From a bacterium (GTDB taxonomy: Bacteria; DRYD01): DNA of 64,000 bases. The DNA lies in the NCBI GenBank assembly GCA_039630415.1, contig JBCNVB010000003.1, positions 32,001 to 96,000 of the forward strand, given 5' to 3'. This document shows positions 48,570 to 58,352 of the stretch, in pieces (the first letter of the stretch is position 1; each line of letters starts with the position of its first letter). The translations under genes and the position numbers were made by a program. Below the pieces are notes generated by a model. That model did not search any database and was not told the origin of the DNA. It worked only from the letters and a program-made list of their open reading frames with translations.

Positions 48570-48643
48570 GCAACGTCAGCTAGACCCAAAACCGCCCTTG
48601 GAAGGCGGTATACAAATGTTCCAGAAAACAAAAGGAGGGAAAT

Positions 48644-49357
48644 ATGAATCAAGTAGTCCTAGAATATAAAATGAAAGAAGGACAAAATTATTTCTACGAT
48701 GTGTACATAACTAATACCAAAATATACCGTGAAGGTGAAACAGAGGAAAAAGAAGTTGATGAAATAAAACTTAAACTTTCACAAAAAGTGTCTAAAGTTC
48801 TACCCAATCAAAGCTATGAACTAGATGTTCAAATCGAACCAATCTCCTTCCTTAGAAATTCTAACCCTCAGGAAATAGCAATACCTTCCCAAACTATGAA
48901 AATGATAATGGATAAAAAGGGAAAAATATTATCATCAACGATGGAAAGCCCAGTAAGTACCCCCACTTTCCCAGAAAAACCAGTAAGTATAGGAGAAACC
49001 TGGATATCACCCGCAGAAATGAAACTACAAGACGGCGGGTCCATTAAAATGAATTACTACTACACAGCAAAAGGAATAGAAAAGTATAAAAACTATGATG
49101 CTGTTATGATCGAAGTAAATAGTGACGAATGGAAAAACTCTGAAAACCAAGTAGACCAATACATAAAATCTAAAGGAGTTTCTCTCTTCTCAGTCGAATA
49201 TGGTGCACTAATGAAATCAGAAGTCGAAACCGAAGTAAAAGCTACCATCCAAGAAACTAACCAACAATTCATATCCATAGTAAAAGTAGTTATTGAGCTA
49301 GAAAAACTATCCCAAAAGGATGTATCACAAACAGAAGAAGGTTTCATCATAAACTAA
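48644..49357 (+). CDS. Hypothetical beta-rich protein
   Basis: AAGGAGG RBS; L.YK.KEG..Y.Y and FPEKPVSIGETW motifs seen in uncharacterised families. Confidence 0.7.
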   Translation: MNQVVLEYKMKEGQNYFYDVYITNTKIYREGETEEKEVDEIKLKLSQKVSKVLPNQSYELDVQIEPISFLRNSNPQEIAIPSQTMKMIMDKKGKILSSTMESPVSTPTFPEKPVSIGETWISPAEMKLQDGGSIKMNYYYTAKGIEKYKNYDAVMIEVNSDEWKNSENQVDQYIKSKGVSLFSVEYGALMKSEVETEVKATIQETNQQFISIVKVVIELEKLSQKDVSQTEEGFIIN

Positions 49358-49409
49358 AAGTAAATAACAAACTACACAAAACAAATAACAAAACAAGGAG
49401 TGATATATA

Positions 49410-50741
49410 ATGCTTAAATCACAGGATATAATATCTATAGTCAAAGAGCTAAATGTAAGAAGTATAAGAATGATGTTTGTTGATATACTTGGAATACCAA
49501 AGGGTGTACAAATACCAGTATCTCAAACAAAGAAAATGCTCGAAGGAGAAATACTTTTCGATGGATCTTCAATACAAGGATTCGTCAGAATAGAAGAATC
49601 AGACATGAAATTAGTCCCAGATATTAACACCTTCATAGTAGCAGACCTTAAAGGACATAATGAAGCTTTTGTAATATGTGACGTATACTATCCAAATGGA
49701 AAAAGATTTGAAGGAGATCCTAGGTATATCCTCCAAAAAGTCATGGAAAAAGCCCAAAAAATGGGATACACTCCAATGGTAGGAGTAGAAGCTGAATTCT
49801 TCCTCTTCCCAATGAGTGATTCAAATGGATATAGCCTAACACCTGTACTAGAACACACTGACTCCGGTGGGTACTTCGATATGCTTCATCTAGATGCAGC
49901 AGAACAAGTAAAACTTGATATACTCAATAAACTCGAAGAATTCGGATTTGAGGTAGAGGCTCTGCACCATGAAGTAGCCCCATCTCAACACGAAATAGAT
50001 TTTAAATACAGTGACGCCTTAACAACAGCTGATAGATTACTCCTTTTCAAATTAATAGTCAAAACAATCGCTTTAAAACACAAATTGCATGCAACTTTTC
50101 TACCCAAACCAATAAAGGGAATAAATGGATCTGGGTTACATATGCATCAATCTCTCTTTAAAGGAGAAGTGAATGCTTTTTATGATCCAGAAGGTAAAAT
50201 GGGTATAAGTACGGTGATGCTCAATTACATAGGAGGAATATTTAAACATGTAAAAGGTTTTACAGCAGTAACTAATCCGTTGGTTAATTCATACAAAAGA
50301 CTAGTGCCTGGCTACGAAGCTCCAGTATACATATCATGGGGAGAACATAACCGAAGCCCACTAATTAGAATACCTGCAAAAAGAGGAAACTCAACACGTA
50401 TAGAACTCAGAAGTCCGGATCCTTCATGCAACCCCTACCTGGCTTTCGCTGTAATCATCAACTCTGGACTAGATGGAATAGTCAATAACTATCAACCACC
50501 AAAACCAGTGGATATCAATGTTTACGAACTAGATGAAAATACAATGAAAAAATACAAAATAGAAAGTCTTCCTTCTAACTTGTGCGAAGCTATTGTTGAA
50601 ATGCAAAAAGACAATCTTGTTAAAGAAACACTTGGAGAACATATCTATACAAATTACATAAACGCTAAACTAAAAGAATGGAAAGAGTATTCAACTGAAA
50701 TAACACCATGGGAAATACAGAAATACCTAGGAATATATTAA
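49410..50741 (+). CDS. glnA: Glutamine synthetase type I
   Basis: FDGSSI.GF, ESDM, HHEVAPSQHEI, PKP..GINGSG.H.HQS, NSYKRLVPGYEAP, RIELRSPDP..NPYLA. Confidence 0.95.
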   Translation: MLKSQDIISIVKELNVRSIRMMFVDILGIPKGVQIPVSQTKKMLEGEILFDGSSIQGFVRIEESDMKLVPDINTFIVADLKGHNEAFVICDVYYPNGKRFEGDPRYILQKVMEKAQKMGYTPMVGVEAEFFLFPMSDSNGYSLTPVLEHTDSGGYFDMLHLDAAEQVKLDILNKLEEFGFEVEALHHEVAPSQHEIDFKYSDALTTADRLLLFKLIVKTIALKHKLHATFLPKPIKGINGSGLHMHQSLFKGEVNAFYDPEGKMGISTVMLNYIGGIFKHVKGFTAVTNPLVNSYKRLVPGYEAPVYISWGEHNRSPLIRIPAKRGNSTRIELRSPDPSCNPYLAFAVIINSGLDGIVNNYQPPKPVDINVYELDENTMKKYKIESLPSNLCEAIVEMQKDNLVKETLGEHIYTNYINAKLKEWKEYSTEITPWEIQKYLGIY

Positions 50742-51676
50742 TAACAACAACACTAAAATCTTTCGCAAAAATTAATTGGGTCTTAGAAATACTAAACAAA
50801 AGAAAGGATAACTACCATAACATATCATCAATTTTTGATCTTATAAACCTATACGATACAATTCAAGTTACCCTAATACCGGATACAATATGGCAAGTAG
50901 AACTTAATGTGAACGATCCTACACTTAAATCCTCTAACCTGATATATGACCTTATAAACCAATTAAATAATCAAAAAACTAATCAAAAATATTTTGTAAA
51001 AATCGAACTAGAAAAAAGAATACCTATAGGTGGTGGGCTGGGTGGTGGTAGCTCAAATGTAGCTACTATTCTTTTTTACCTATATAAGCAATCAATAATA
51101 GACCTACAACAAGCAATCAGATTATGTAAAAGTTTGGGTAGTGATATTCTTCCTATCTTTATGCTTTACCTCTATCCTGATTCCTTTATACTGACTCTTG
51201 AAAAACAAAATATAACTATCCCCATCGCTAGAAATCTATCTAGTTTTAAACTTTCTGATCTCAAAATTTATCTAATAACTTTTCCTTTTCAATCATCAAC
51301 TACTCAAGCTTACCAATCATACGATAAAACAATAAAAAACAAAGAAGTATATATCGGACCTAAAACATATAGGTTTATTTATTTTAACAGAATCAATCAA
51401 CTACAAACTTACTTAACGTTTATTTTACATAATGATTTCGAACAAACAGTTTTTGAACTTTACCCTACAATAGGACAGCTAGTGGAGGAAATTAGAAATA
51501 AAATAAAAGAAGGTTCGTTTATTAAAGATATCAAAATTTTACTATGTGGTAGTGGGTCTAGTGTAGCTGTAATTTGCAAAAACCCTTCACTGCCTATAAA
51601 TTCGATACTCAATATCGACATAATTCAAACAAAATACGGTGTAAAAGTTATGGAGGTAGAAAATGGTAGTAATTAG
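50708..51676 (+). CDS. ispE: 4-diphosphocytidyl-2-C-methyl-D-erythritol kinase (divergent; start uncertain)
   Basis: AKINW.L....R.D.YH.I.S, KRIPIGGGLGGGSSN, LGSD, NDFE, GSGSSV. Confidence 0.85.
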   Translation: MGNTEIPRNILITTTLKSFAKINWVLEILNKRKDNYHNISSIFDLINLYDTIQVTLIPDTIWQVELNVNDPTLKSSNLIYDLINQLNNQKTNQKYFVKIELEKRIPIGGGLGGGSSNVATILFYLYKQSIIDLQQAIRLCKSLGSDILPIFMLYLYPDSFILTLEKQNITIPIARNLSSFKLSDLKIYLITFPFQSSTTQAYQSYDKTIKNKEVYIGPKTYRFIYFNRINQLQTYLTFILHNDFEQTVFELYPTIGQLVEEIRNKIKEGSFIKDIKILLCGSGSSVAVICKNPSLPINSILNIDIIQTKYGVKVMEVENGSN

Positions 51677-52391
51677 ACCTGAGAAATGGGGTTCACTAGG
51701 AGAAGTTGAACTACTTATATTCTTACTAGACGGTTCTGCTAGTATGTATGAAACTAATACATTTGATGGTAGAAGAAAAGCTGATCACTTGGTAAATATT
51801 TTATATGATACCCTCGAAAGACTAATAAATAGTAGCAGGAGTAACAGTTTTAGGGCAAGCTTGGTTTACTTTTCCGACAGTGTATCTATTCCCACTGTAG
51901 ATGATTTACCTTATTATCCCCTAGAAGATGCTATTAATGAATTAACTGACCCAGTAATAAAGATGGCTGGAGGAAGTACGTCAATAGCTAACGCTCTCGC
52001 TGAAACCTCAAAGATAGTATATGAATTCAACAACGATATAGGTTTGCCAGATCAAAAAAACATAACTCTGTTCCTTTTTACAGACGGTAGAGAAAATATA
52101 AGAACTCCACGTGATGTAATAAATGAAGCTCTAAAAGTAAAGAGCATGGGAGTTACTATATGTACAATATCCCTTGGTAATGATTGCGATGAAAAGTTAC
52201 TAATGGATATATCCAGTGTAGCAAGTCTTAGGCAAGTAAAAAGACTTGATTTGGCTAACATGTTAGACTTCCTAAAAAAAGAAGGAGGGAATTATAAGCT
52301 CTTTCTTAGAGGACATGTAAACGGAGAAATAAATCGTAACATCTCTGAAGTTATTAGAAGTTTTGTTAGTATCCTTAGTGAAACAAGATAA
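51663..52391 (+). CDS. von Willebrand factor A domain protein (TerY-like)
   Basis: MIDAS LLDGSASM, GGST.IANAL, FLFTDG; no signal peptide; GGAGGT RBS. Confidence 0.88.
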   Translation: MVVIRPEKWGSLGEVELLIFLLDGSASMYETNTFDGRRKADHLVNILYDTLERLINSSRSNSFRASLVYFSDSVSIPTVDDLPYYPLEDAINELTDPVIKMAGGSTSIANALAETSKIVYEFNNDIGLPDQKNITLFLFTDGRENIRTPRDVINEALKVKSMGVTICTISLGNDCDEKLLMDISSVASLRQVKRLDLANMLDFLKKEGGNYKLFLRGHVNGEINRNISEVIRSFVSILSETR

Positions 52392-52405
52392 CTCTACAAA
52401 ATTCC

Positions 52406-54172
52406 ATGGCTATAAGCTTTAGGTTTGATGACGGAAGTGAAATACAAATAAATTTGGAAAGCTTGCAAAATCCCATTTTTGGGGGGCAAGGTAGAATATA
52501 TTTCTACCAAAACTACCTTATAAAAGTTTTACCCCTAAATGATGAAACTGAATCCATACCTAGAAGATTCATCGTTCTTAAAAGAGTATGTAATCAAATA
52601 GATCCTACTGTAAGGGAATACATAACATATCGTGGGATACCTCTATCCATAAGTGTAGATTTGAAGAACTACTTTAACTTCAAAACAACCGATAAAGCCC
52701 TCATATTGTTGTTTAATCTTTTGGATGGAAAGGATATATTTGATTATTTAAAGAATGAGCCTCCTCTAAGTCCCAAAAGAAGGCATATATATCAAAAAAC
52801 CATAAAAATTCTTACCGCAATAAACAACGTTGGTATAATACACGGCGATCTTTACCCTGACAATTTTATAGTATCTAAAAATGATGAAGTTTATATTTTA
52901 GATTTGGAGGGAGCGGGAATACTTCTCAACCGTAGAGAATGGGAATGGAAACCACTAGTAATTGGAAAGGAAGGAATATTTCCTTTACCTCCTGAAGTAA
53001 AGTATAGTGGTGAATTTACAGTATCATCAGATATATGGACAGGACTGTATTTGGTATTCTTTATTCTAACGGGAATTAAACCACTAGACTTCTTGGTAAG
53101 AAATGATCATAAATATCTTGAAACTATTGTTTCTAGCATAGACAAAGAAGTAAATAGTTGGCCACCTGCTCTACCAGATAGTCTTATCAAAAATGTCCAA
53201 AGATATCAAGATTTCTCTACATTCTATAATTCAATCTTCAAGAAAGGAAAACTTTGTCAAATTTTAGTAAGAACCTACATAAAAGGCTATACGGACTACT
53301 CTGTAAGACCTTCATTCGAAGAAATAAAACAGGCAATAGATCAGGAAATTGAAGACATACAGGACGTGCAAGAAATAATTATAGAAATAAAACCCGTAAA
53401 AACTAAACCATCAGACTTGAAATCAAATACAGCAGAGGTAAAATCCAGCACATCAGAAGCAAAACCTAAAACAGCTGAAGTAGAACCTAAAACTTTAGAG
53501 TCAAAAACTTTAGAGTCAAGACCTAAAACCGCGGAATTGAAACCAAAAAGCACTTCATACTCAATAAGTCCTGAACTAGAGCAAAAAATAAGCTCTTTAC
53601 CAATATCTACTCGAGGATATGTCTTCAAAATAATTAATTCTCTCAAAGCTGAAAACATCATAGATCAAATATCTGAAAAAGCATTTGAAAAAGTAATCGA
53701 ACATAGGCAAGCTGAATCATTAGTTAACACTTTCATAATAACCAAAGATATATTCTTAGCTGCTGTTTTGTTAAAGTTTGCAGAATCCGAATACTATGAA
53801 AACTTCTTAAAAGATTTGCAAACATTATCAAATATACAAAGTAGATCAGCAATGGAGGTAATACAAACTGTTTTATACCCAATAGTTTTGAAGTATAAAA
53901 ACAAGAACAAGAAAATAAATGATGTACATGAAGATATATTCAGCGAGTTTCATTTAATTACTGCTGAAGCTATAAGTACTCAAAAACAAAAAGAAATAGC
54001 AAAATTTTCCAATACAATACTTTATTTTTTCTCGTTTATTTGTTTTTGTATTCCTTTCATATTGTATACTTTTCAAATTAACTACAATATGATTGCTATG
54101 CTATATCCTGCGTTCTTTGTAGTTTTCTATCTAGTTTTCTTCATACTTCGGATGATAATGATCAGAGGATGA
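52406..54172 (+). CDS. Ser/Thr protein kinase with repeat linker and two C-terminal TM helices
   Basis: GGQGRIY, LIK, IIHGDLYPDN, ILDLEG, PPEV, SDIW; hydrophobic C-terminus. Confidence 0.85.
   Translation: MAISFRFDDGSEIQINLESLQNPIFGGQGRIYFYQNYLIKVLPLNDETESIPRRFIVLKRVCNQIDPTVREYITYRGIPLSISVDLKNYFNFKTTDKALILLFNLLDGKDIFDYLKNEPPLSPKRRHIYQKTIKILTAINNVGIIHGDLYPDNFIVSKNDEVYILDLEGAGILLNRREWEWKPLVIGKEGIFPLPPEVKYSGEFTVSSDIWTGLYLVFFILTGIKPLDFLVRNDHKYLETIVSSIDKEVNSWPPALPDSLIKNVQRYQDFSTFYNSIFKKGKLCQILVRTYIKGYTDYSVRPSFEEIKQAIDQEIEDIQDVQEIIIEIKPVKTKPSDLKSNTAEVKSSTSEAKPKTAEVEPKTLESKTLESRPKTAELKPKSTSYSISPELEQKISSLPISTRGYVFKIINSLKAENIIDQISEKAFEKVIEHRQAESLVNTFIITKDIFLAAVLLKFAESEYYENFLKDLQTLSNIQSRSAMEVIQTVLYPIVLKYKNKNKKINDVHEDIFSEFHLITAEAISTQKQKEIAKFSNTILYFFSFICFCIPFILYTFQINYNMIAMLYPAFFVVFYLVFFILRMIMIRG
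53489..53518 (+). repeat. Perfect 15-bp tandem duplication in the kinase linker
   Basis: AAAACTTTAGAGTCA x2 (KTLES x2) within a longer K/T/E/S/P repeat region. Confidence 0.85.
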
Positions 54173-55029
54173 TATACTTAATAACTGATTATGGGCTTGA
54201 AGATTACTTTGTATCCGCTTTGAAAAATGTTATACTCAACTCCTGTAATTTACTAAAAATACCCTTTCCAACGATAATTGATATATCTCACAACTTACCG
54301 AATCATAATGTAGTAGCAGCAATTATAAATATTAAGGCTTTGTTAGATTTGATGCCTGATAGAAGTATTATATTGGCAATAGTTGATCCTGAAGTAGGAT
54401 CTAACATTGAAGGATGTGTATCTCTTCATGTATACCACCAAAAGTATATCTACTTAGTTGGTAGAAATAATGGTATTTTGGGAGCTTTGTATCCTCACAA
54501 GCATGTATATACCTACAAAATATCTTCAAGGAAAATAGAAAATAACATAAAAAATAAAGGAATATTTTACCAAGCGGGAATAAGGGGCATAAGTAATACA
54601 TTCCATGGAAGAGACATATTTGCCCCCATTGCTTCTATCCTCTTACATGATATAAAAACAAATTCCAATTTACTTAGGGAATTCATAGGCCAAAAAGTAA
54701 AGCCCTTATACTATAAAATTCCAAAGCCGCTTGTCAAAAACAAAACTATAATCGGCAAGATAATTTACTTTGACCATTTTGGAAATGCTATAACTAACAT
54801 ATCTTCCAACTTACTAAATAAAAAAATAAAACAAATCAACCTTAAACTAAAAGACCAAGTTTTATTTTCGATACCTAATATTTCAAAGAATTATTTGGAA
54901 GGTAAGAATCAGCAGATTATCGCAATAGCCAACAGTTTTGGCTACTTGGAGTTTTCAAAATATAAATCTAGTGTAAGAGAACTGTTAGGCGATTTTGAAA
55001 ACATTATGGTTGAAGTATTAATGGGCTGA
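54169..55029 (+). CDS. SAM hydroxide adenosyltransferase / SAM-dependent halogenase family (DUF62)
   Basis: LITDYG..D.FV, DISH, IVDPEVG, SNTFHGRDIFAP, DHFGNAITN, NSFGYLE. Confidence 0.92.
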   Translation: MIYLITDYGLEDYFVSALKNVILNSCNLLKIPFPTIIDISHNLPNHNVVAAIINIKALLDLMPDRSIILAIVDPEVGSNIEGCVSLHVYHQKYIYLVGRNNGILGALYPHKHVYTYKISSRKIENNIKNKGIFYQAGIRGISNTFHGRDIFAPIASILLHDIKTNSNLLREFIGQKVKPLYYKIPKPLVKNKTIIGKIIYFDHFGNAITNISSNLLNKKIKQINLKLKDQVLFSIPNISKNYLEGKNQQIIAIANSFGYLEFSKYKSSVRELLGDFENIMVEVLMG

Positions 55030-56203
55030 TTAGGTTATGATCCAGACAAAAACAAAATTCTCTCCAGTCACTTGTATCGAGTATATTGAATAACGCTAAG
55101 AAATCCTGTCTTATTTGTCCAGCTTTGATATCTAGCATAAATGCCGGATTCGTTGTTATATAACATAACACTTCTTCGGGTTTTAATTTTAAATAAATAC
55201 ATGCTAAATTACAAACCATCAACATAGAATATACATTGGAGGACCCTGCATTAAAATCCGTTGCTAAGCATATGGGTATATGGTTTTCTATTAGTTTTCT
55301 TGCTAGACTATAGTTTTTACCTAAGAACCAAGAAGTACCCGGCATTATAACGCCGAAACTTTTCATTAAACGCATAAACTTAATCGTAAAATCGCTTAAG
55401 ACTAATAGATGATCAAAACTCTTTACTTCTATACTGTTTCCAAACATGTCATATAGACCCTCAACAAGCCTATCATCTTGAAATTCATTAGTGTGAAATC
55501 TAAAAGCAAAGTGGTAGGAAGTAAGAGATCTTACTATTTGAATAGTTTGATCTACAGAGAATGCAGTTTTATCACAAAAAATATCAAAATATTTTGTTAG
55601 TTTTCTTATTTCAGGAGCGTACATTTTGATTTTATTTAGATATTCATCAAAATCGTCTGGAGGTATATGTGCAAGAAAGGTTGGTATTATAATTGGCTTA
55701 ACGAATTTTGAAACATCAATGATTAGTTTGAGATGTTCGATCTCTTTTTCTATTTCTATGGCGTAACCATTTTTTGCTTCTATTATGACTGATCCACTTT
55801 GGTAGATTTGATTAAGCCTGTATACTAGGAGCTGTTTAAGATGGGGAGAATTTATGGTATTTTGAACAGTATATTTTATTCCTCCACCACTAAGAGCTAT
55901 TTCTTGGTAGCTCTTACCTTCTATCCTTGCTATGAAGTCATTTATTCTTTTACCATCGAACAGAGGATGTGTATGACAGTCTATAAAACCTGGCAACAAA
56001 AATCTATTCTTCAAATCTATTATTCGAGTATTTGATGATACATTTTGCTTTAATTCAGAATAATTACCTATCTGCTTGATAATCCCATTTTGTACAAAAA
56101 CGCATTTATTCTCAAGACAAAATATTTGAGGCTCTGATACAACCGGCCGATCAGATAATGCTGTTAGGATTTTGGCATTTACAATTAAGTAACTACTATG
56201 CAT
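55004..56203 (-). CDS. hutI: Imidazolonepropionase
   Basis: PGFIDCHTH, G.SYQEIA..GGGI..TV, EAK.GY, DIFCD, DHL, LATDFNAGS. Confidence 0.88.
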   Translation of the reverse strand: MHSSYLIVNAKILTALSDRPVVSEPQIFCLENKCVFVQNGIIKQIGNYSELKQNVSSNTRIIDLKNRFLLPGFIDCHTHPLFDGKRINDFIARIEGKSYQEIALSGGGIKYTVQNTINSPHLKQLLVYRLNQIYQSGSVIIEAKNGYAIEIEKEIEHLKLIIDVSKFVKPIIIPTFLAHIPPDDFDEYLNKIKMYAPEIRKLTKYFDIFCDKTAFSVDQTIQIVRSLTSYHFAFRFHTNEFQDDRLVEGLYDMFGNSIEVKSFDHLLVLSDFTIKFMRLMKSFGVIMPGTSWFLGKNYSLARKLIENHIPICLATDFNAGSSNVYSMLMVCNLACIYLKLKPEEVLCYITTNPAFMLDIKAGQIRQDFLALFNILDTSDWREFCFCLDHNLISPLILQP

Positions 56204-56211
56204 TAACTTGT

Positions 56212-57717
56212 CTATATCATGGATAGGTTTTGTTCTATGAATGAAATTTTACTATTCAGGTAAGATATTAGGTGATTGGAGTTTATTTCTTCATTTGTTA
56301 TCTTTTTAACTACCTCGGAGGTTGTATATTTTTTACCGAGAGAGTAAAGATTTTCTTTGAGGAATTGTATTATTATTTGGAAGTTTCCTTTTTTAACTTC
56401 TTCATAGAGATTGATATGTTTTTGAATAGTATTAAGAATTTGTGCTGATATTATATTACCGAGGGTATAGGTTGGAAAATATCCGAACAATGATTCTGCC
56501 CAGTGTATATCTTGAAGAATTCCTACGCTATCGTTTGCGGGACGATATCCAAAATATTCTTCAAACATCGTATTCCATAACTCTGGTAATTCCTCAACTT
56601 TTACACCTTCGTTGAATATCTTTCTTTCTAGGTTAAATCTAAGTATAATATGTAGATTGTATGTGAACTCATCTGCTTCAATTCTTATTGGTTGCATAGA
56701 GATTTTGTTAGCTGAGAGTACAAATTTTTCGAGAGGTATATTTTGAAGATCAGGTACATATTGTTTTAAATCCTGATAAAAAAGTTCCCAGAAAGCTAGA
56801 CTTCTTCCTATTACATTTTCAAAGAATCTAGATTGGGATTCATGTATACTAAGGGATATACTGGAAGATATAGGTTGGCCAAAGTACTCTTCTTGAGGTA
56901 AGTAGTAATCATACAGAGCATGTCCTAGTTCATGCAAAGTACCAAATATAGCTCCTTCTAGATTATTATATCTTGTGGTTATTCTTACATCATATGGAAG
57001 GATTGTAGTTGCAAATGGGTGAGAGGTGGTATCTAACCTTATATCTAGCCCACTTATCTTCTTAACTAAGTATTTGCAAAAATGTTCGAGTTTTTGCTGG
57101 TCAAATGGGATTTTTTTCAAATCTACTGGGCTTTGTAGTATATACTTTCCTCTGCTTATTAACTGCTTCAGAGTTTTGTGTAAGGGTTCAAAAATTGAAT
57201 TTATTTGAGATGGTGTTATATCTATTTCATAACCTATTGTTAATGCTTCATAGGGTTCTTCTTTATATCCCCATTTTTGAATCATTTCTTTGTTTAATTC
57301 GATTATTTTGGATAAGTAAGGTGAAAAGATTTTGTATTTTTTTTGTTCCTTTGCTTTTTCCCAAGCTTGAATAGATACCGGAATAAGTTCATATAACTTA
57401 GCTAAAAGTTTCGGAGGAATTTTTTTATTTCTTTCATATTCAAATTTCCACCACTTGAAATTAACCCATTCAGGAGAGAACTTTTCAAAATCATCTAAAT
57501 CTATTGACTCTATTAGTTTTGAGTATTTTTTGGATGTTCTAGTTTTATGAATATACTCAGTTAGTATGGAGATTTGTTTACCTCTATATTTAGCTGATTT
57601 GGGATTCATACATACTCTATCATCCCAAAAGAGCAAACTAAGGGTATATTCATAATAAGCCAGATGTTGATTTATTTTTAGTAGCTGTTTGTAAGATTTG
57701 ATTGAATTTTTATTCAT
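56212..57717 (-). CDS. Carboxypeptidase Taq (M32)
   Basis: HPF, DVRITTRY, HELGHALY, IHESQSRF, IRIEADE, QDIHW, GYFPTYTLG. Confidence 0.95.
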   Translation of the reverse strand: MNKNSIKSYKQLLKINQHLAYYEYTLSLLFWDDRVCMNPKSAKYRGKQISILTEYIHKTRTSKKYSKLIESIDLDDFEKFSPEWVNFKWWKFEYERNKKIPPKLLAKLYELIPVSIQAWEKAKEQKKYKIFSPYLSKIIELNKEMIQKWGYKEEPYEALTIGYEIDITPSQINSIFEPLHKTLKQLISRGKYILQSPVDLKKIPFDQQKLEHFCKYLVKKISGLDIRLDTTSHPFATTILPYDVRITTRYNNLEGAIFGTLHELGHALYDYYLPQEEYFGQPISSSISLSIHESQSRFFENVIGRSLAFWELFYQDLKQYVPDLQNIPLEKFVLSANKISMQPIRIEADEFTYNLHIILRFNLERKIFNEGVKVEELPELWNTMFEEYFGYRPANDSVGILQDIHWAESLFGYFPTYTLGNIISAQILNTIQKHINLYEEVKKGNFQIIIQFLKENLYSLGKKYTTSEVVKKITNEEINSNHLISYLNSKISFIEQNLSMI

Positions 57718-57798
57718 AAGTACCTCCTTCTATTTTTTGAACTCTCTAAAAAGAGCTTACTAAAATTCTTCAACTTTTGTTTACTGGCTCCTGCAAAC

Positions 57799-57820
57799 TA
57801 AAAGGGTAAGATCTAAAATT
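57799..57820 (+). promoter_or_regulatory. Candidate promoter motif TAAAAGGGTAAG-N3-TAAAATT upstream of the HPRT-like gene
   Basis: Near-identical to 45894-45915 (minus strand). Confidence 0.5.
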
Positions 57821-57851
57821 TAAAGAATATTATCCTAGTAAGCTCTATAAT

Positions 57852-58352
57852 ATGCAATTAGTTTTCTCAAAAGATCAAATAAAGCAAGCGATTCAAAAAA
57901 TAGCGGATCAAGTGTCTGAATATCTCGAACAAGTCCAAGAAGATGTGCATTTTGTAACTGTATTAAGAGAAGGAATACACTTTTCAATTGATTTAGCACA
58001 AAAACTGGAAAAATATAGCCTTATATTTGATTATATCTTCCTAGAAAATGTTAACCCAAATAATAGAGAATTAGCAATCGAAAAAGATATATTTTTACCC
58101 GTTAAGGATAAAACAGTTTTGCTCTGCTCAGTTTTAATAAGAACAGGATATGAAATCAGTTTTATAGAAAACTACTTGAGAATAAGAGGATGTAAGCAAA
58201 TAAAAACTGTTTCCCTTATCTGTAAAAAAGGAGCTTACAAGAAACCCGATTTCTACTACTTCTTAACAGAACCCTCTGATTACCTCGTAGGATATGGACT
58301 AGATTACAATGAAAAATACAGAAATTTACAGGAAATATACAAAATAAAGTAA
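57852..58352 (+). CDS. Hypoxanthine phosphoribosyltransferase-like protein, degenerate PRPP motif
   Basis: N-terminal S..QI..AI..IA, VL.EG..F..DL and C-terminal YLVGYGLDYNEKYRNL are Hpt-like; PRPP loop reads LLCSVLIRTG. Confidence 0.75.
   Translation: MQLVFSKDQIKQAIQKIADQVSEYLEQVQEDVHFVTVLREGIHFSIDLAQKLEKYSLIFDYIFLENVNPNNRELAIEKDIFLPVKDKTVLLCSVLIRTGYEISFIENYLRIRGCKQIKTVSLICKKGAYKKPDFYYFLTEPSDYLVGYGLDYNEKYRNLQEIYKIK

Noticed and set aside
54169-55029. Fluorinase/chlorinase implying halometabolite synthesis
   Set aside because: TFHGRD-containing DUF62 proteins are commonly SAM hydrolases and no biosynthetic cluster is adjacent.
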